Source of the DNA: Eledone cirrhosa
Lineage: Eukaryota
Reading direction: 5' to 3'
DNA length: 64,000 nt
Assembly: GCA_964016885.1 (NCBI GenBank)
Contig: OZ024743.1
Coordinates: 147,808,001-147,872,000 of the forward strand
The notes beneath the pieces are model-generated. The model had not been told where the DNA came from, did no database searches, and saw only the letters and a list, made by a program, of their open reading frames with translations. Shown one piece after another: positions 27,290-43,219 of this stretch. The translations under genes and the position numbers were made by a program. Every line of letters begins with the position of its first letter. The first letter of the stretch is position 1.

Positions 27290-27938
27290 ATATGAAATAT
27301 AAGAATCAAAGAACTGTTCAAAACATTATTGTGCTTACAGCTGTTTCCTCCAAACCGAGGTTTGGATTCTTCGGAGCAATTTATTAATGAATGGACAGTT
27401 ATATGACCTCCTTTTCAGCAAGAGACATACCGATACATATGAAAATATTGTGGGTCACCATTCATTACAGAATTTAGAGTGGCAGTACACACTTCGAGAT
27501 TACATTCATATTAAAAGGTACAAGCAAAAATCAAAAATACAGGTAAAATATGAATGTAATCTCGAAGTGTGTACTGCCACTCTAAATTCTGTAATGAATG
27601 TTGACCCACAATATTTGCATATGTATCGGTATGTCTCTTGGCTGAAAAGGAGGTCATATAACTGTCCATTCATTAATAAATTGCTCCGAAGAATGCAAAC
27701 CTCGGTTTGGAGGAAACAGCTGTAAGCACAATAATGTTTTGAACAGTTCTTTGATTCTTATATTTCATATAACTGCTCTGTAAATCATCTGATGTTTTTA
27801 CATCGAGCTACTTAACTTACTGGTAATAAGGCAGTAATACATTACTACCTACCACTATTTAGGGTTTGTATAAAAATATACATATAACTGCATAAGGTTT
27901 CTGTATTTACATAACCATAAATAGTATAATTAATACTA
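27290..27938 (+). mobile_element. Family E Penelope-like 3' end with ~222-bp inverted arms (27290-27512 / 27547-27771)
   Basis: Near-perfect inverted repeat flanked by (TA)n, with a hammerhead in each arm. Confidence 0.8.
27332..27378 (-). ncRNA. Hammerhead motif, U4C variant (family E); mirror copy 27682-27728(+)
   Basis: Stem I UGCU/AGCA; core CCGAAGA; stem II UCCAAAC/GUUUGGA; GAAA; palindromic ACAGCUGU; triplet GUA. Confidence 0.7.
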
Positions 27939-30226
27939 TATATATATATATATATTTGTTTGTGCGTGCATATGTGTGTATTCCACTATTTGTTTCAACA
28001 ACAGTGCAAGACCAAACTCAAATCAATATTCGTTCGAAATAAACGTAAGTATATGTTAGATATAACGTCTGTATGCTGTAAATATATACTGATCGACAAA
28101 AGAAAATAACCCCATTGGCTCTTCCGATAGGAGCTATTTTGTTTAATCTGATTACTGTTTGAAAAAATCTAAATTGGAACCAATCAGTCTGAACTAACTT
28201 CACCACTTTGATAGAAATTAAATGTTATTTAAGAACAAATTCAATATCTCAAAGATACTAAGATTCATATCATACCAAACGTTTTGTGCTACTTCAGTAA
28301 TATATTATTTTTATTCTTACATTATTGAAATATTCTTTGTATCTATGTTTGTTTTATTACTGCTGTTGCAGTTGTCATATTTGTTGTTGCTGTTGTCATT
28401 TGTGGTTCTTGTACTTCTTTAATATTTAGTTTCTTATTACATGTGACAAGAGAAGGGAAATATATACAATAAACGACCCCACCCACAAGAAAATATATCA
28501 GCATTATACACCCACCCACACCCATACCCACACACACATATATATATATAAATGTATATATATATATGAATATATATATATGAATGAAAACATTAATAAC
28601 TCTTTCTTTCATTTTAAACACTTTTTCTCGACATGCAGTATGAAGATATTACAGAAAACTCACGAATCTTCGAAATTAATTTGAACTTCAAGCAAAAAAA
28701 AAACAAAACAAAAAGAAACACGCACACACAAATAAATAATGAGTTAATATTACTATCTCAAAGTGGAGTAGAGGAAGTATCAGAAATATAGGAAGAGGAA
28801 TAAGAGGGGGATATTAAAATGAAAAAGGACATTTTCGAAACTTTTAGAGAAAATGAATTCTAAATGTAGAAAAGAATTAATCTCAAGAGCAACTATTGTT
28901 GCTGTTATTATTACTTCTAAAACTTTATTAGTGATACAGTACTAATTATATAATCATCTCCTCAATCTTTCATAATAATATCTGACAATATGTTACATTC
29001 CCTTCTGGTAACTTTTCTCCGGTTTCCTGAATGGTCTCGGTTAGACCCGTAATTCTTGACGACGTCCTAAAGGCTGTATAATTCGTGGGGCATTTTGGAA
29101 ATCACTATTGGAGTCCATCTCCTCTCGAAGTCGGAATACAGCAGATTCCTTCCTGAGAAGCATAGAGAATAAGTGACATAGAGAATAAGTGATATAGAAG
29201 AAGAATCGACCGATACTATTTTACCGAAAGGATAAATGGCAAAGTTGACCCAGGTGGCATTTGAGCTCCGATAGAGCGCTGGAACAAATATCACAAGCAT
29301 TTTATCCAGCGGTCTAAAGACTCCACCAATTCGAAATATTATATAATGGTATATTTGTACATTAAATGAATGTTAAAGGGGGTTGAATTAAACGATATGC
29401 AATATTTAGCGTATTTTTCCACTTGATTATAAGGTCAAATAATATTGGGCAATAAGGTTTGACTTTGATATTTGTCTCTCTGCGATAGGTAAAATAATGA
29501 TTTCTGATTTAGGCATGAGACCAACAATTTTTAAGGAGGGGAAAAGGATTACATCCATACCAGTGAGTGACTGGAAATTTATTTTATTTAGTCTGAATAA
29601 ATGAAATGTGATTTGAACTCACCGTAACTAACTTCCGCAAAGCATTTTGGCCGACGCTTTATCAATTTTGCTATTCTATCAATCAATTTACATGATTGTT
29701 CAGCTTCGATGTTCGCCTTTCATGGAATTATTACCGAATGTAACAATGTATTATTTCCCTCGTAAAAATGAAAAGAGCACTGAATGTTCAAGTTTAATTT
29801 CCGTCAAAAAAGATTATTTGATAAGTTGTATGCTTACATGAATACGCAGAGAAGTAAATATAGAATTGAATAATTTGGGATGTATGACAAAGACGCAATA
29901 TGAAGAAATAATTACAACTAAGGTAATGTAAAATTAAATATCCTGTCTAGGACCATGGTGAAACACGTGCAATAGATACTAACTCACTAATAAAGAAATA
30001 TAAATAGAACACCTTAACTACACAGCCATTTTACGCTACATTAATGATTCTAATGCACATGAAGTTAGCAATCATTGACTGTTGTGAAAGAGTGAGAAAA
30101 TAGTTCAAACTATTAGGTTAATGCAGAACTAGTAATGAATACTTTCTCTCGTATAGACATAGTTTTGGTTTAATTATTGAAGTTAAATTGGGAAATATAA
30201 AATGCAAAATCGAAAAAAAACGCAAC

Positions 30227-30830
30227 ATGTTTTTTATTGACCACTAGGGCTTAAACAGAAAGGACAATCCCCCCACCCCACAAAAAAGGGGACAGTGTGG
30301 ATTCACATAGATGCATGTAGAAAGAAGGTAAAGAGGTAACAATAAACAATAAAATAAAGAACAATAGTGGAAGAATTTCCCACGAGTACTTTAGGAACCT
30401 TACAGATCTGGAACCACCTTTGTCGCCAAGAGCACCATCGGAAGGAGAACCTCTCCTCTAAAATTTCCAGTCTACAAGCACATGGTCAGTGTACGCCAAT
30501 TCTCTCGGGCCATCCTTGCTACCTTCATCCACCTTTTAACAAAAGTATTGGGGGCAACATTTCCTTCTCCTTCTCCACCCCACCTTCCTTTTCCAGAGGA
30601 ACTTGAAAAAGTTGATGAGGGTTTGGCCGAAGAACTAATTTTCTGTCTTCAGTACTTCCAGCCGCGTCCACCACACAACATCTTTCGCTACAGCCACCAG
30701 ACAGAGGAAAACTGCGTGCTCTTCCAAGGAAAAAGAAGTCGGTGTTGTGATTTTAACATTGTAGCCTGTCAATAGCCAGATCCGTCCAAAAAGACAATAA
30801 TAGCTGTTCAACAAAATGAAATATTAAACC
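30227..30830 (-). mobile_element. Tx1 3'-end fragment
   Basis: The terminus resembles 18183-18230 and the body parallels the 18400-18750 ORF2 tail. Confidence 0.6.
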
Positions 30831-30949
30831 CTCATCTTGAACGTAACTATTTACTTCCAGAGGAACAGAAATGATGCATGAGGCGAAGTAGGGAAATTAA
30901 AGATCAGTTAATTGATAAAATATTAATCACAAATTGCAAACGTCGATTG

Positions 30950-31330
30950 AAGGGATTGGGTGTATATCGCATGATATCTCACAATTGGATATGTAAAGCA
31001 ATGAGCATATTTGATGTGGAAAAAAAGATAGGGAGAAACCTATCAATGAAAGTATGAATCTTTGGAGCAATGAACAAAATGGAGGTAACCAAAACTTGGG
31101 AAGGTGATAGATTATACCCATTATAATTATATGGGCCATGATACCAATACAGTTAGCAATGGAGAGTAAAATAGTTATTCCGAGATGATTTAATGTAAAA
31201 ATCGAGAGGCGCCTGAGATGTCTTGTATAAACAGTTAGGAGATTTTCTAATGACATTGGAATAGAATTCTGACTCGAAAATGTACTATTTTGATAATGAA
31301 ACTAGGAAGATTTGCAAGAAATCAGAGAAA
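30950..31330 (+). mobile_element. Decayed non-LTR RT fragment (R4/Dong-like motif)
   Basis: 'LV*TVRRFSNDIGIEF*LE' resembles LxxTVxxFSxDIGMxFGLxKC. Confidence 0.45.
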
Positions 31331-31669
31331 TCACACTACATATTTTCCAAATCGTAGTTCAGCTAGGGAAGCCTTCATCCTGCGAAATTTCTAAATCGAG
31401 AACTCGGCGTTAAATCAGATGCAATAAAAACTAGCATGAAACAACCGTGGAAATAATTATTTCTAATTTAGACACAAAGCCCGGAAATTGAGAGGAGGGG
31501 AAACCTGATAATATCGAGCACACTATTTTGCTGGATAGACCTTTATTTTATCAAACTAAAAAGAATGTAAAGCAATGTTATAGTCGGTGTTATTTGAAAT
31601 GAGAATGTAAGAAAGAGTCATGCTTAAATACCTCAAGGTAACCCTCTAAGAATTCTCAAAAACCTACGG

Positions 31670-32056
31670 GTTACAACCGAAATGATACGATTGTGAATAC
31701 AAGCTGCCGAAATGGGATTTCTCCGAGGGGACTTTGAGACAACGTTACTCGATAGAATGCGTAGCCCTGTAAGTCCGCTACTTTTTTGAATTGGGAGATC
31801 ACAGCTCCAATTCTACGTGCATGTAGGTTGGAATATCTAAGGATTTTACGAGCTAAAGCAACACACAGGAGACCCAGGCCAACACTCCGAGTAAGATCAT
31901 AATAACTTTGGCTGTACTCGCTTGAAAATCCAGCCGGATCAATTGTAGAGGGTTGTTTCTTAAAGGACCCGCGGGACGGCGGTTGAGGGCTCTGCCCCAA
32001 CAACCGTCACAGGAATAAGGGGGCAAAGAAGAAGAAGAAGAAGAAGAAGAAGAAGA
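31670..32056 (+). mobile_element. RTE LINE 3' end with (GAA)n tail
   Basis: 'IQAAEMGFLRG..TLLDRMRS'; same family as 11519-11960. Confidence 0.7.
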
Positions 32057-32762
32057 TACTTGCTATTTGGTTTAATTTTCTATCAATTTTTAACCAATCT
32101 AACCTCAAGCACTTTAATGAGACACTAAATCCAGAAGCAACGCAGTCCGACATTAACTGGTGATTACCGGCGCTGAATTGAAAAGTTACTAAATTTTGAT
32201 CCTTAACTCTCTTGCTCCTGTTATATGTCTCCAGTTTGCCAGAGCTCACCTTTATTTCCAAAGATTCTATAACGGTGGCATTCTCTAAGAATGTAGAAAT
32301 TGATGTATTATGATTCTCCTGTATCAAAATACAACAGAGTCAACTTATAAAAATGAAATTCCTTTCTTGCTTTTTAATAACAGTCATGATAGAATAGTTT
32401 CATCCACCGGGCACCGAGGCGAGGTTTTAATAACAATGCATCCAGGACCATATCATACAATATGACCTCTTTAAGGATGATATACTGTTGATTCAGAGTG
32501 TTTGGGCTGCTATTTTTAACAGGCTCTGCTACTACATAAACGTTCCCCTGTGCTATTTCATAATCTAAAATAATGAAAACCCAAATGGAAATGAAAGCAT
32601 TGTCATGATTATGAGATGTTGTTTAACTTGAAGATTATCTACCAGTCAATAGTTTACTAATAATTTTTAAACTGAGTAAAAGAAAGATCGTGTTTTCCGT
32701 TAAACATATTTTATTAGCTTATGTATTTTCTTTTATTTCAATCTTTTTTTTTCTTTTGACAG

Positions 32763-32794
32763 AAGATGAAATATCATCTTTATATTCTTAAAAT
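32763..32794 (+). CDS. Candidate host micro-exon 3 (KMKYHLYILK)
   Basis: Strong T-tract plus gacag acceptor, gtatgt donor; in phase with candidate exon 2. Confidence 0.35.
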
Positions 32795-33399
32795 GTATGT
32801 ATATGGTCATTAATTAACCATGTTCACGAAAATGTTAATATTATTGTGAAACTAAATATTTGTTTCAGTATCAATTATATGTAAGTATTAATATAACTGA
32901 AAAAACAAACCCTAACAAAACATACCATTAAACTAAGGCGTAAAGCAAAAAAAAAAAACATCATGTATGCCATGGCATAACTATTGTTTTTGCGTTTGTT
33001 ATTTTGTATTGTTTCCTAAAAATGCTAAATTATAAAAACAAACAAAATAATATATACGATATAAATAATGATAACAATAAAATCAATATTAATAGCGACA
33101 TATAAGCAAAACAATTACCACCAATATCATTGACACCAGCCATACAGCTGCCAGAACCACGATCCTAACCAAAACCAACATGAATACCCCCACCATTGCA
33201 CTTATTGTGAGAGCCACAATTTGCCAAGAATAACATCTCATCACAAAACTAAAATAATATTATCGCCAATATAGGAGTAATAAATACAAATAACGATGTG
33301 CATATAATTCTTATATGGATTGCAATATCATCTGAAGTATATTAATTGTATTATTGTTGTTGTTGTTCTTGTATTAACAAATTACATGATTAGGGGTTG

Positions 33400-34620
33400 G
33401 GGTGTGACCAAACTGAAAGGGATAATTCGAAAGGCATCGCAACCGTCAGGTTGGCGGCAAGAATAACACTCGACTATTTCTTCACCGCGAAACGAAACAC
33501 GCATGTTGCTTTATCAGAGCTAAGGTGCGTGGTGTTTGACATAAGGTGACTGAAAGATGTTCAACCATCCCAAGTGACAAGAAGATATGAAAAGGGGGAA
33601 ATTATTAATAATGTTAACCAAGCCACAAATTGCTGACGTGACGACAGAATTTAGGGGTATGATCGAGGCGCTAGTAAAGAAATGGGCGTTAGTTGTCGGT
33701 AATGGGCTGGAAATAAACACAGGCCTATGTGAACGTGGGGGAGATATATCCATGACAATCTCTACATCATGTAACATGTAGCCAGTGAGAAAATAAACCT
33801 AGCTATTGTGGGACTCCGATCACTTTGTAAAACTCAAAGGATTTTAATTGTGTCAGCCATCACTTTATTGCGGTTGCTCTCGCTGCTGCGAGTTTCGGAC
33901 CATTTTCAGAAGCCTCAAAATACAGGAAAATATGATCTCTGCTCAGACTAAATGAAACCTTATTCTTAGAATGTCAAATCTGTATTTTCTTATCTATTTA
34001 CTTTGTACTATCTCTTGAGAATTACAGAAAGTAGATGCATTGTGGAAGATACCATTCAATTGGGGACACTGGAAACTGTTGTCGGCATATGCACAATATA
34101 TTGCTGTAATTGATTTACTCAACACCCTCCTCGATATGGTGGGCACAACTATCACCATTATGCGGTTAAACGCCAGTCAGTTTCATGGTCGCTGGTTTGA
34201 CGGGCTGGTAGACAATCTTCTGAGGAAGCTCTCCTTGAATGATCGGTTAATGGGCATAGGTGCATATTGCCTCAGTCATATATTGCCGTCTACCCGCCGT
34301 TATTTGCTTCAATTTTCGTTTGGCCAGATTGGAATATCTGCTAGATTGGAACGTCTGCTAGAAGGCTTGCTGTGGAACAAACACGTCTAACTCTTCATAT
34401 AGTCCACCTTCTGTCAACAAGTGCTGCATGGACGGCTGATATTACAAAAACACGGGTTGTGACCAGATACCTGGACAATGAAAAGTGTGACCGCATTTTC
34501 TCAGGCACTTTTGCTAGAACTCGACTTTGTAATGGAGCCGCCGTCTTGTCTCATATCTGCATTGGGCGCCTGGTTTCTAGAACATTATCAGATATTCAAA
34601 GCATCTGGAAAGCAATGTAG
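33400..34620 (-). mobile_element. Possible highly decayed Gypsy gag/protease remnant
   Basis: Minus-strand fragments 'FKESFLRRL', 'LAAARATAIK' and 'IINNFP...VKHH' loosely resemble Gypsy gag-pro; many stops. Confidence 0.3.
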
Positions 34621-35314
34621 TGTGGATAACATGACAGAGAGAACTGTACAAACATTCCTTACTTTTCAACCATACCTGATGAGGGAAGTTGAACTTTTCC
34701 GTAAATTTGTTAAAAAGCGGGGGCCTGGGCAAACATGTACCGGCAAGTCCAGGGAGAGAAGGTTCTTATGGTAATTGGATAATACTGAATAAGGGAAAAG
34801 CTATGGGATAACTATAATATAATTATTATAGTTATCTACATTGAGACGGCTACATTTTCAAATTTCAAATTTCCGAACGTAAATGAATAACATATTTACA
34901 TTTATAGCTTCACGTTTAAGCCTTCTAAAAAGATGATAGTCAGCGGCGATTGACTCGTTTATCGTAATAGTTAAAGGCAATCACTCTACAGATCAAAGAC
35001 GATCATATAATACAGATGCGTGGCCTGTCTCCTCGCAACCACATCCTCCCAATTCGTGTTGTCTCCAGGAGTGCTTCACTTGATTATTTGCAATTATTGA
35101 GTATAGTCATCAACTATTATTGTAGTTATCTGTATTGAAACCACATTTCCAAACTTTCCAAAGCTTCGTAATTCAATCGGATGTTTACACATAACTTTTC
35201 GCTTATATCTTCTATACAGTTGTTAGTTAGCGGGCAGTGAATCTTTGTAATAGATAAACGCGCTCATCCGGCTTACGAGAGATACGTGCTTTGTAAATCA
35301 ACTGGGTGTTTACT

Positions 35315-36560
<1,246 letters not shown>

Positions 36561-37295
36561 TGTATGTACGTGTTTATTCATAGATACTTAGATATATGCA
36601 AAGAACCATATTAAGTCGAACCAAAGCAAGACATATGCAAAGAACAGCGTCAATACTGCCAATAAAAAAGTCATAAGAATGGAGGAGACAAGAGAATAAT
36701 TAAAAAAAGTTGTAGATATTTGTATCAATAATCTAAAATCAGGACAACAATATAAATAATGCGGAAAGTAGAATGCAATATATATTTATACAAGCTAAAT
36801 ATTAAGCGAGAAAACAGATATGAAATGAGGGAAGAAACTCCAAGAATAAATGGAAATCTTTAGAAAAAGGAGAGTATGAGCTGAGAAAATTTAAGACAGA
36901 AAGAGCGAGAGAAATTAGGTATCTGTATGTGTCTGTTAGCTGGAATGTTGAGACTAATATATGTGTGTATGTGTATGTGTGTGGGGGGGGGTATGTGTGT
37001 GTGTGCGTGTGTATGTGTGTGTGCGTAAATCAAGATAGATAGAGTGAGAACCTTGTTAGACCATTACTCACCAGATTACTCGATAGATGGGGTAGTAGAG
37101 TATGGTTGTATGAAGGCGTCAGGAACCCAACGGCTGAGCTCTTGCCGTTTCAACAGCCGTTTCAAAAGCTAGATCCAGAGCTATATATATGTATATACAC
37201 ACATATATATGTGTGTGTGTGTGTCTGTGTGTATGTATATATATATATATATATACATACACATACACACACATATATATATATATATATATTAT

Positions 37296-37397
37296 ATAAT
37301 TGTTTCTACTTTTGGCACAAGGCCAGCTATTACCCAGTGCATTACTGGTACTTTATTTTATCTACCCCGTAAGGATGAAAGGCAAAGTTCACCTTGG
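37296..37397 (-). mobile_element. 5'-truncated Meta-type SINE
   Basis: Tail and core only. Confidence 0.8.
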
Positions 37398-37419
37398 TAT
37401 AATATATATATATATATAT

Positions 37420-37490
<71 letters not shown>

Positions 37491-37615
37491 TAGTTGACGA
37501 CTGAGAGGAAAGAGTATTCAATATCGAAGTAGAGTTTTAATATTCATTTTATCAAAGCTACATAGTGAAGCTGTTACTTGCCTATTCATCATAGCATAAT
37601 CATTGAAAATACATA

Positions 37616-37722
<107 letters not shown>

Positions 37723-37850
37723 CATATTAATAATTTAATCACTAGCAGAGCTATATATACATATGGTTTCATATGTATTTGAGCAGAAATCAAATATATA
37801 CATTGCATACAAATATACATCCATACATGCACACATACATACGTAGACAC

Positions 37851-37939
<89 letters not shown>

Positions 37940-38180
37940 TGTGTATTTGTGTATGTGTATGTGGGTGTGTATGTAGCGTGTGTGTGTTTGTGTTTGTGTA
38001 CATGAGTGTGTTTGTGTGTGAGTGTGTGTGTCAACAAGAATTAATTACTACATTGATGATAAATAAGAATTAAATATTAGGTATTATCATCTCACTGTCT
38101 CCATTCTAGTTGGCACTCAAAACATTACAGAAAACATACACATGTATTGACGCATATAAACACAGAATTATTAAGAGAAA

Positions 38181-38683
38181 TATGGCGGCTGCCAACTCGT
38201 TTTCGAGTACGGCCACTACTTTATATCCATGTAGGAGAACCCCTACCGATGCGCTGAACGAGTGTGACTTTTTAGTCCAGCCAGCGACTTGAAAACTATG
38301 GTACAAACACTACACTTGTGACAATTATTGACACATAGTGCTGGGCCCATGGTACCATGTGACGACAAGTGCAGAGAGATCTCCAGATATAAAGCAATGC
38401 CTGTGCCATGAAGCTTTTATAGTGATCAAAGGCACTGCACAAAAACCAGTCCCACTCTCTTAACCAAGATGATATTTACCAAAAAGAAGAACAAGTCAAC
38501 ATCATTGGATACCATCAGAGTTGCAGGTGTTATATCAGAGTTTTCCTTCTCCTAGAATTCTGCCTTGACAAAGGCTAAGGGGTCATCTCTCCCGGTGATT
38601 TTGGATGGCCATTGACTCTTAAGAGCTCCTTTGCCCTTTGACAGGTTTTGTTTTTAGTCCTGCAGGATGTCCAAAGTCACCCT
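38181..38683 (-). mobile_element. Bipartite RTE derivative (5'-truncated)
   Basis: Reverse complement of ~10342-10845 at high identity. Confidence 0.85.
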
Positions 38684-38797
38684 CTAAGAGAAATATACAT
38701 ACATACATACACACATGTATGTGTATATGTATCTATGTATATGTCTATGTATGTTTGCATTTGTGTATTTATATAATATACATACATACACACACGT

Positions 38798-38897
<100 letters not shown>

Positions 38898-39071
38898 GTG
38901 TGCTGGTTAATACAATAGACGGAATTAATAAGCAACCGCTCGGAAACCGTGGTAGCATATCCTGAATGTAGAAATAAAACGTAAGCTAACGGCGTCCCTT
39001 TAAACAGAGAGAGAATCACCATCATATACACACTAACACATGCAATACATATATGTATGTGTGTATATATA

Positions 39072-39739
<668 letters not shown>

Positions 39740-40030
39740 TCATTTCTCACTCTTAGTACGGCACTTACTTAAATGTAAGTAGGTATGTATGTATACGTAC
39801 ATACATATATGTATACAGACAAACAGTAGTATGTATATATATACATACATGTACACATATATATATATATGCACATATTGGTTTACCGAACATTTATTAT
39901 AATGCATTATAATAAATGTTCGGTAAACAGATACGTGCATATATATATGTGTGCATGTATGTATATATATACGTACTACTGTACGTCTGTATACATATAT
40001 GTATGTACGTATACATACATATTTACTTAC

Positions 40031-40066
<36 letters not shown>

Positions 40067-40314
40067 AGAAGGGATATTCAATTTGTTGGTAATTCAACAA
40101 ATATAAATGTTTATAACTGATTCAAAGCACTCGACAAGTTTTCTGGCGTATAATATTCAATGATATTAAATAAATGGAAACTATATTTATAAACCCATAT
40201 TTATTCTATTATATATATTTCAAGGGTACCAAAAACTTTGGTACGCGTTCATCTGATAAAATACAAAGTGTGTTTTATAAAATGTTGACATAGACAAGGA
40301 ACATACACATATAC

Positions 40315-40374
<60 letters not shown>

Positions 40375-40522
40375 GTCAATAATCATCTTTTTCCATTTCT
40401 GCGAGGGTTCTTAACCCCACTATCAGGCTAAATAATTTCTTACTTTCTTTAGTCAAAATACGGCGATAGCTTATATTTCTAATAATTTCAAACCCACTCG
40501 CAGTTTCGAAAATATTCTTACT

Positions 40523-40574
<52 letters not shown>

Positions 40575-40605
40575 AGATCAAAAGATGGTTAAAAGAGTTC
40601 CATGT

Positions 40606-40674
40606 ATTTTATTATGCGCATTTCAAAAACAAATATCATCATGCGATGACATTTGCGTTTTCGTCAGATAAAAT
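40606..40674 (-). ncRNA. Type-I hammerhead with intact canonical core (family C)
   Basis: Stem I AUUUUAU/AUAAAAU; core CUGACGA; long stem II including CAAAUGUCAUC/GAUGAUAUUUG; GAAA; palindromic AUGCGCAU; triplet AUA. Confidence 0.8.
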
Positions 40675-40749
40675 AAGGAGACATGATATGAAGTTTAAAA
40701 AACACTTGCGAATAGAGCAGTTTTAAATCAACATATCATGTATACATAT

Positions 40750-40946
40750 ATATGAAAAGAGTCAGGACACCGACGTCTGAGCTCTGGCCGTTTCGACAGC
40801 TAGATCCGATCTCGGATCTAGCTGTGGAGACAGCCGGAGCTCAGCCGTCGGTGTCCTGACTTTTTCATATTACCCACTCTACTACCCTAAGTATTGAGTA
40901 CTCTGGTGCGTTATGGTCCACCTGGTGTCTTTCTACACCCACTTTG

Positions 40947-40947
<1 letters not shown>
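40750..40947 (+). mobile_element. Family G element with palindrome 40750-40870
   Basis: Arms meet at the gacagctagatccga-tc-tcggatctagctgt hairpin; homologous to 27010-27283. Confidence 0.7.
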
Positions 40948-40995
<48 letters not shown>

Positions 40996-41144
40996 TCAAT
41001 ATATTATTCATTGGTGTGCAACGTTAGTTGTTTCTGGTTCACCAGCTTCAGCACTCAATGCGAATATGGTTCCGGTTGCCCGTGTGCTATTCCGCCTTTG
41101 GAATTACGCAGTCCTCGGGATCCTTAAGAAGTAGAGTGTTAATA

Positions 41145-41337
41145 ATAATTGTTTCTACTTTTGTCACAATGCCAGCAATTAAACCAGTGCATTACTGGTA
41201 CTTAATTTTATCGACCCAGTAACGATGAAAGGTAAAGTTAACCTCGGCGGGATTTAAACTCAGATTATAAAGAGCCGTAACTCTATGCTGCACAGCATGG
41301 TGTCCAACCCTCTACGGATACTGCCAATCCACCGCCC
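41145..41337 (-). mobile_element. Meta-type tRNA SINE (tandem copy 1)
   Basis: Full length. Confidence 0.85.
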
Positions 41338-41350
41338 TAGAGTGTTAATG

Positions 41351-41540
41351 ATAATTGTTTCTACTTTAGGCACAAGGCCAGCAATTACCCAGTGCATTAC
41401 TGGTACTTTATTTTATCGACCCCGTAAGGATGAAAGGCAAAGTCAACCTCGGCTGGATTTGAACTCAGATCGTAAAGGGACGTAACTATGCTGGAAAGCA
41501 TGGCGTCCGACTCTCTACCGATACTGCCAATCCACCGCCC
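41351..41540 (-). mobile_element. Meta-type tRNA SINE (tandem copy 2)
   Basis: Full length; gtgttaatgataat on both sides. Confidence 0.85.
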
Positions 41541-41869
41541 TTGTGTTAATGATAATGATTGATAAAGATTGGACCTTGAACTGATCGATCACGAAGGGCG
41601 CGTCGCATGTGAATAAACATAATGATGCTGTACTGATACTATGTTCCGGCTCCATATTATTATTATTATCATTATATACTATTAATATTATCATTCAATA
41701 TAGAAATTATTAATATTATTATCATTAGTATAAATATATTTAAACACACACACGCGTAGACACACACACACACACATATATATAAATATATACATACATG
41801 CATACATACATATATACATACATGCATATATACATATATATGTACATACTTACATCCATCCATACATAC

Positions 41870-41960
<91 letters not shown>

Positions 41961-41985
41961 CATATATATACATATATATATATAC

Positions 41986-42035
<50 letters not shown>

Positions 42036-42036
42036 T

Positions 42037-42128
<92 letters not shown>

Positions 42129-43219
42129 CATAGTTACACTCATATATACATACATACTTATATAAGCATACTCATTGTATATAATTATGTGTGCGCCTGC
42201 AAACTTTATATAATAATCAAGGGTGAATTATTTCCAATATAAATGTATGTGTCATAAATTACCTGCATTATAATATTCCACTTTAGGCTTTAAAATATCA
42301 CCTTCTGCTACCACCTAATGGCTGCTGCTCTTTAGATAATCAATGCCTATGACGCTTTCCCCTCTAAAACCACTGAATGCGTACTCCTCTTTCAACAAGC
42401 AACATATTACTCAGTAGAATCTGTGTGAAAGATGACAATCATTCCTCTCCAAATCATGGGTGGAGTATTTCCTACTGACTTCAAAATGCAGGAGTTCATC
42501 ATAGTCACAAGTTTAAATGCAACGGTTGAGGAGGGGCAGCTGCATGGTCCCTTGTCCTACACGATATATCAGCCAGTTCTTCCTCAAATCACAAAATACA
42601 ACCATAAAAAGGGAAGACCTTCGATAATTTAGCCCAAACTATAATATTTCTGACGAAAACCTTCAAACCGGCAACATATTTGAGATGAGGCCTGGTTAAT
42701 CAGATTGAAATTCGAAAGATTAAACAATTAAATGTACGTTACTCATCGTGGAACCCACAGCTTATGAGAGGTCTGTCTCTTAAAACCCATATTCCCCAAT
42801 GACTATTTGCGTGTAATTGTATGTTTGTGTAGATATGGTGAGTGTAATATTTCATACTGCAATTCATCTTCACAAGAATACATATCAGCATGATTTGTCT
42901 CCTCGTATCTCTGAGTATTTGTTTGAGTATGCTTGTCGATCTGTCTAGGTGTGTATGGATAAAGGTGTGATAAATACAATAAACTAAAATGGGAATTAGA
43001 TAAATCGATGGAATTGATATACGACAATATTGAATCTGACATTTCTACGACGTTCAATTTATGGTAATCTATATATTTATATAGTTTTGAATATATAAAT
43101 AGCATGCACACACATGCGCATACATATATATATATACATAAATAAATATAAGCAAAGAGATATTTAATTTGTTGGTTATTCAACAAATTTATTTAAAACA
43201 GATTATATATATATATATA

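Noticed and set aside
42330-42520. LINE endonuclease remnant (IINAY...MGGVF)
   Set aside because: The resemblance is too weak to call without a profile search.
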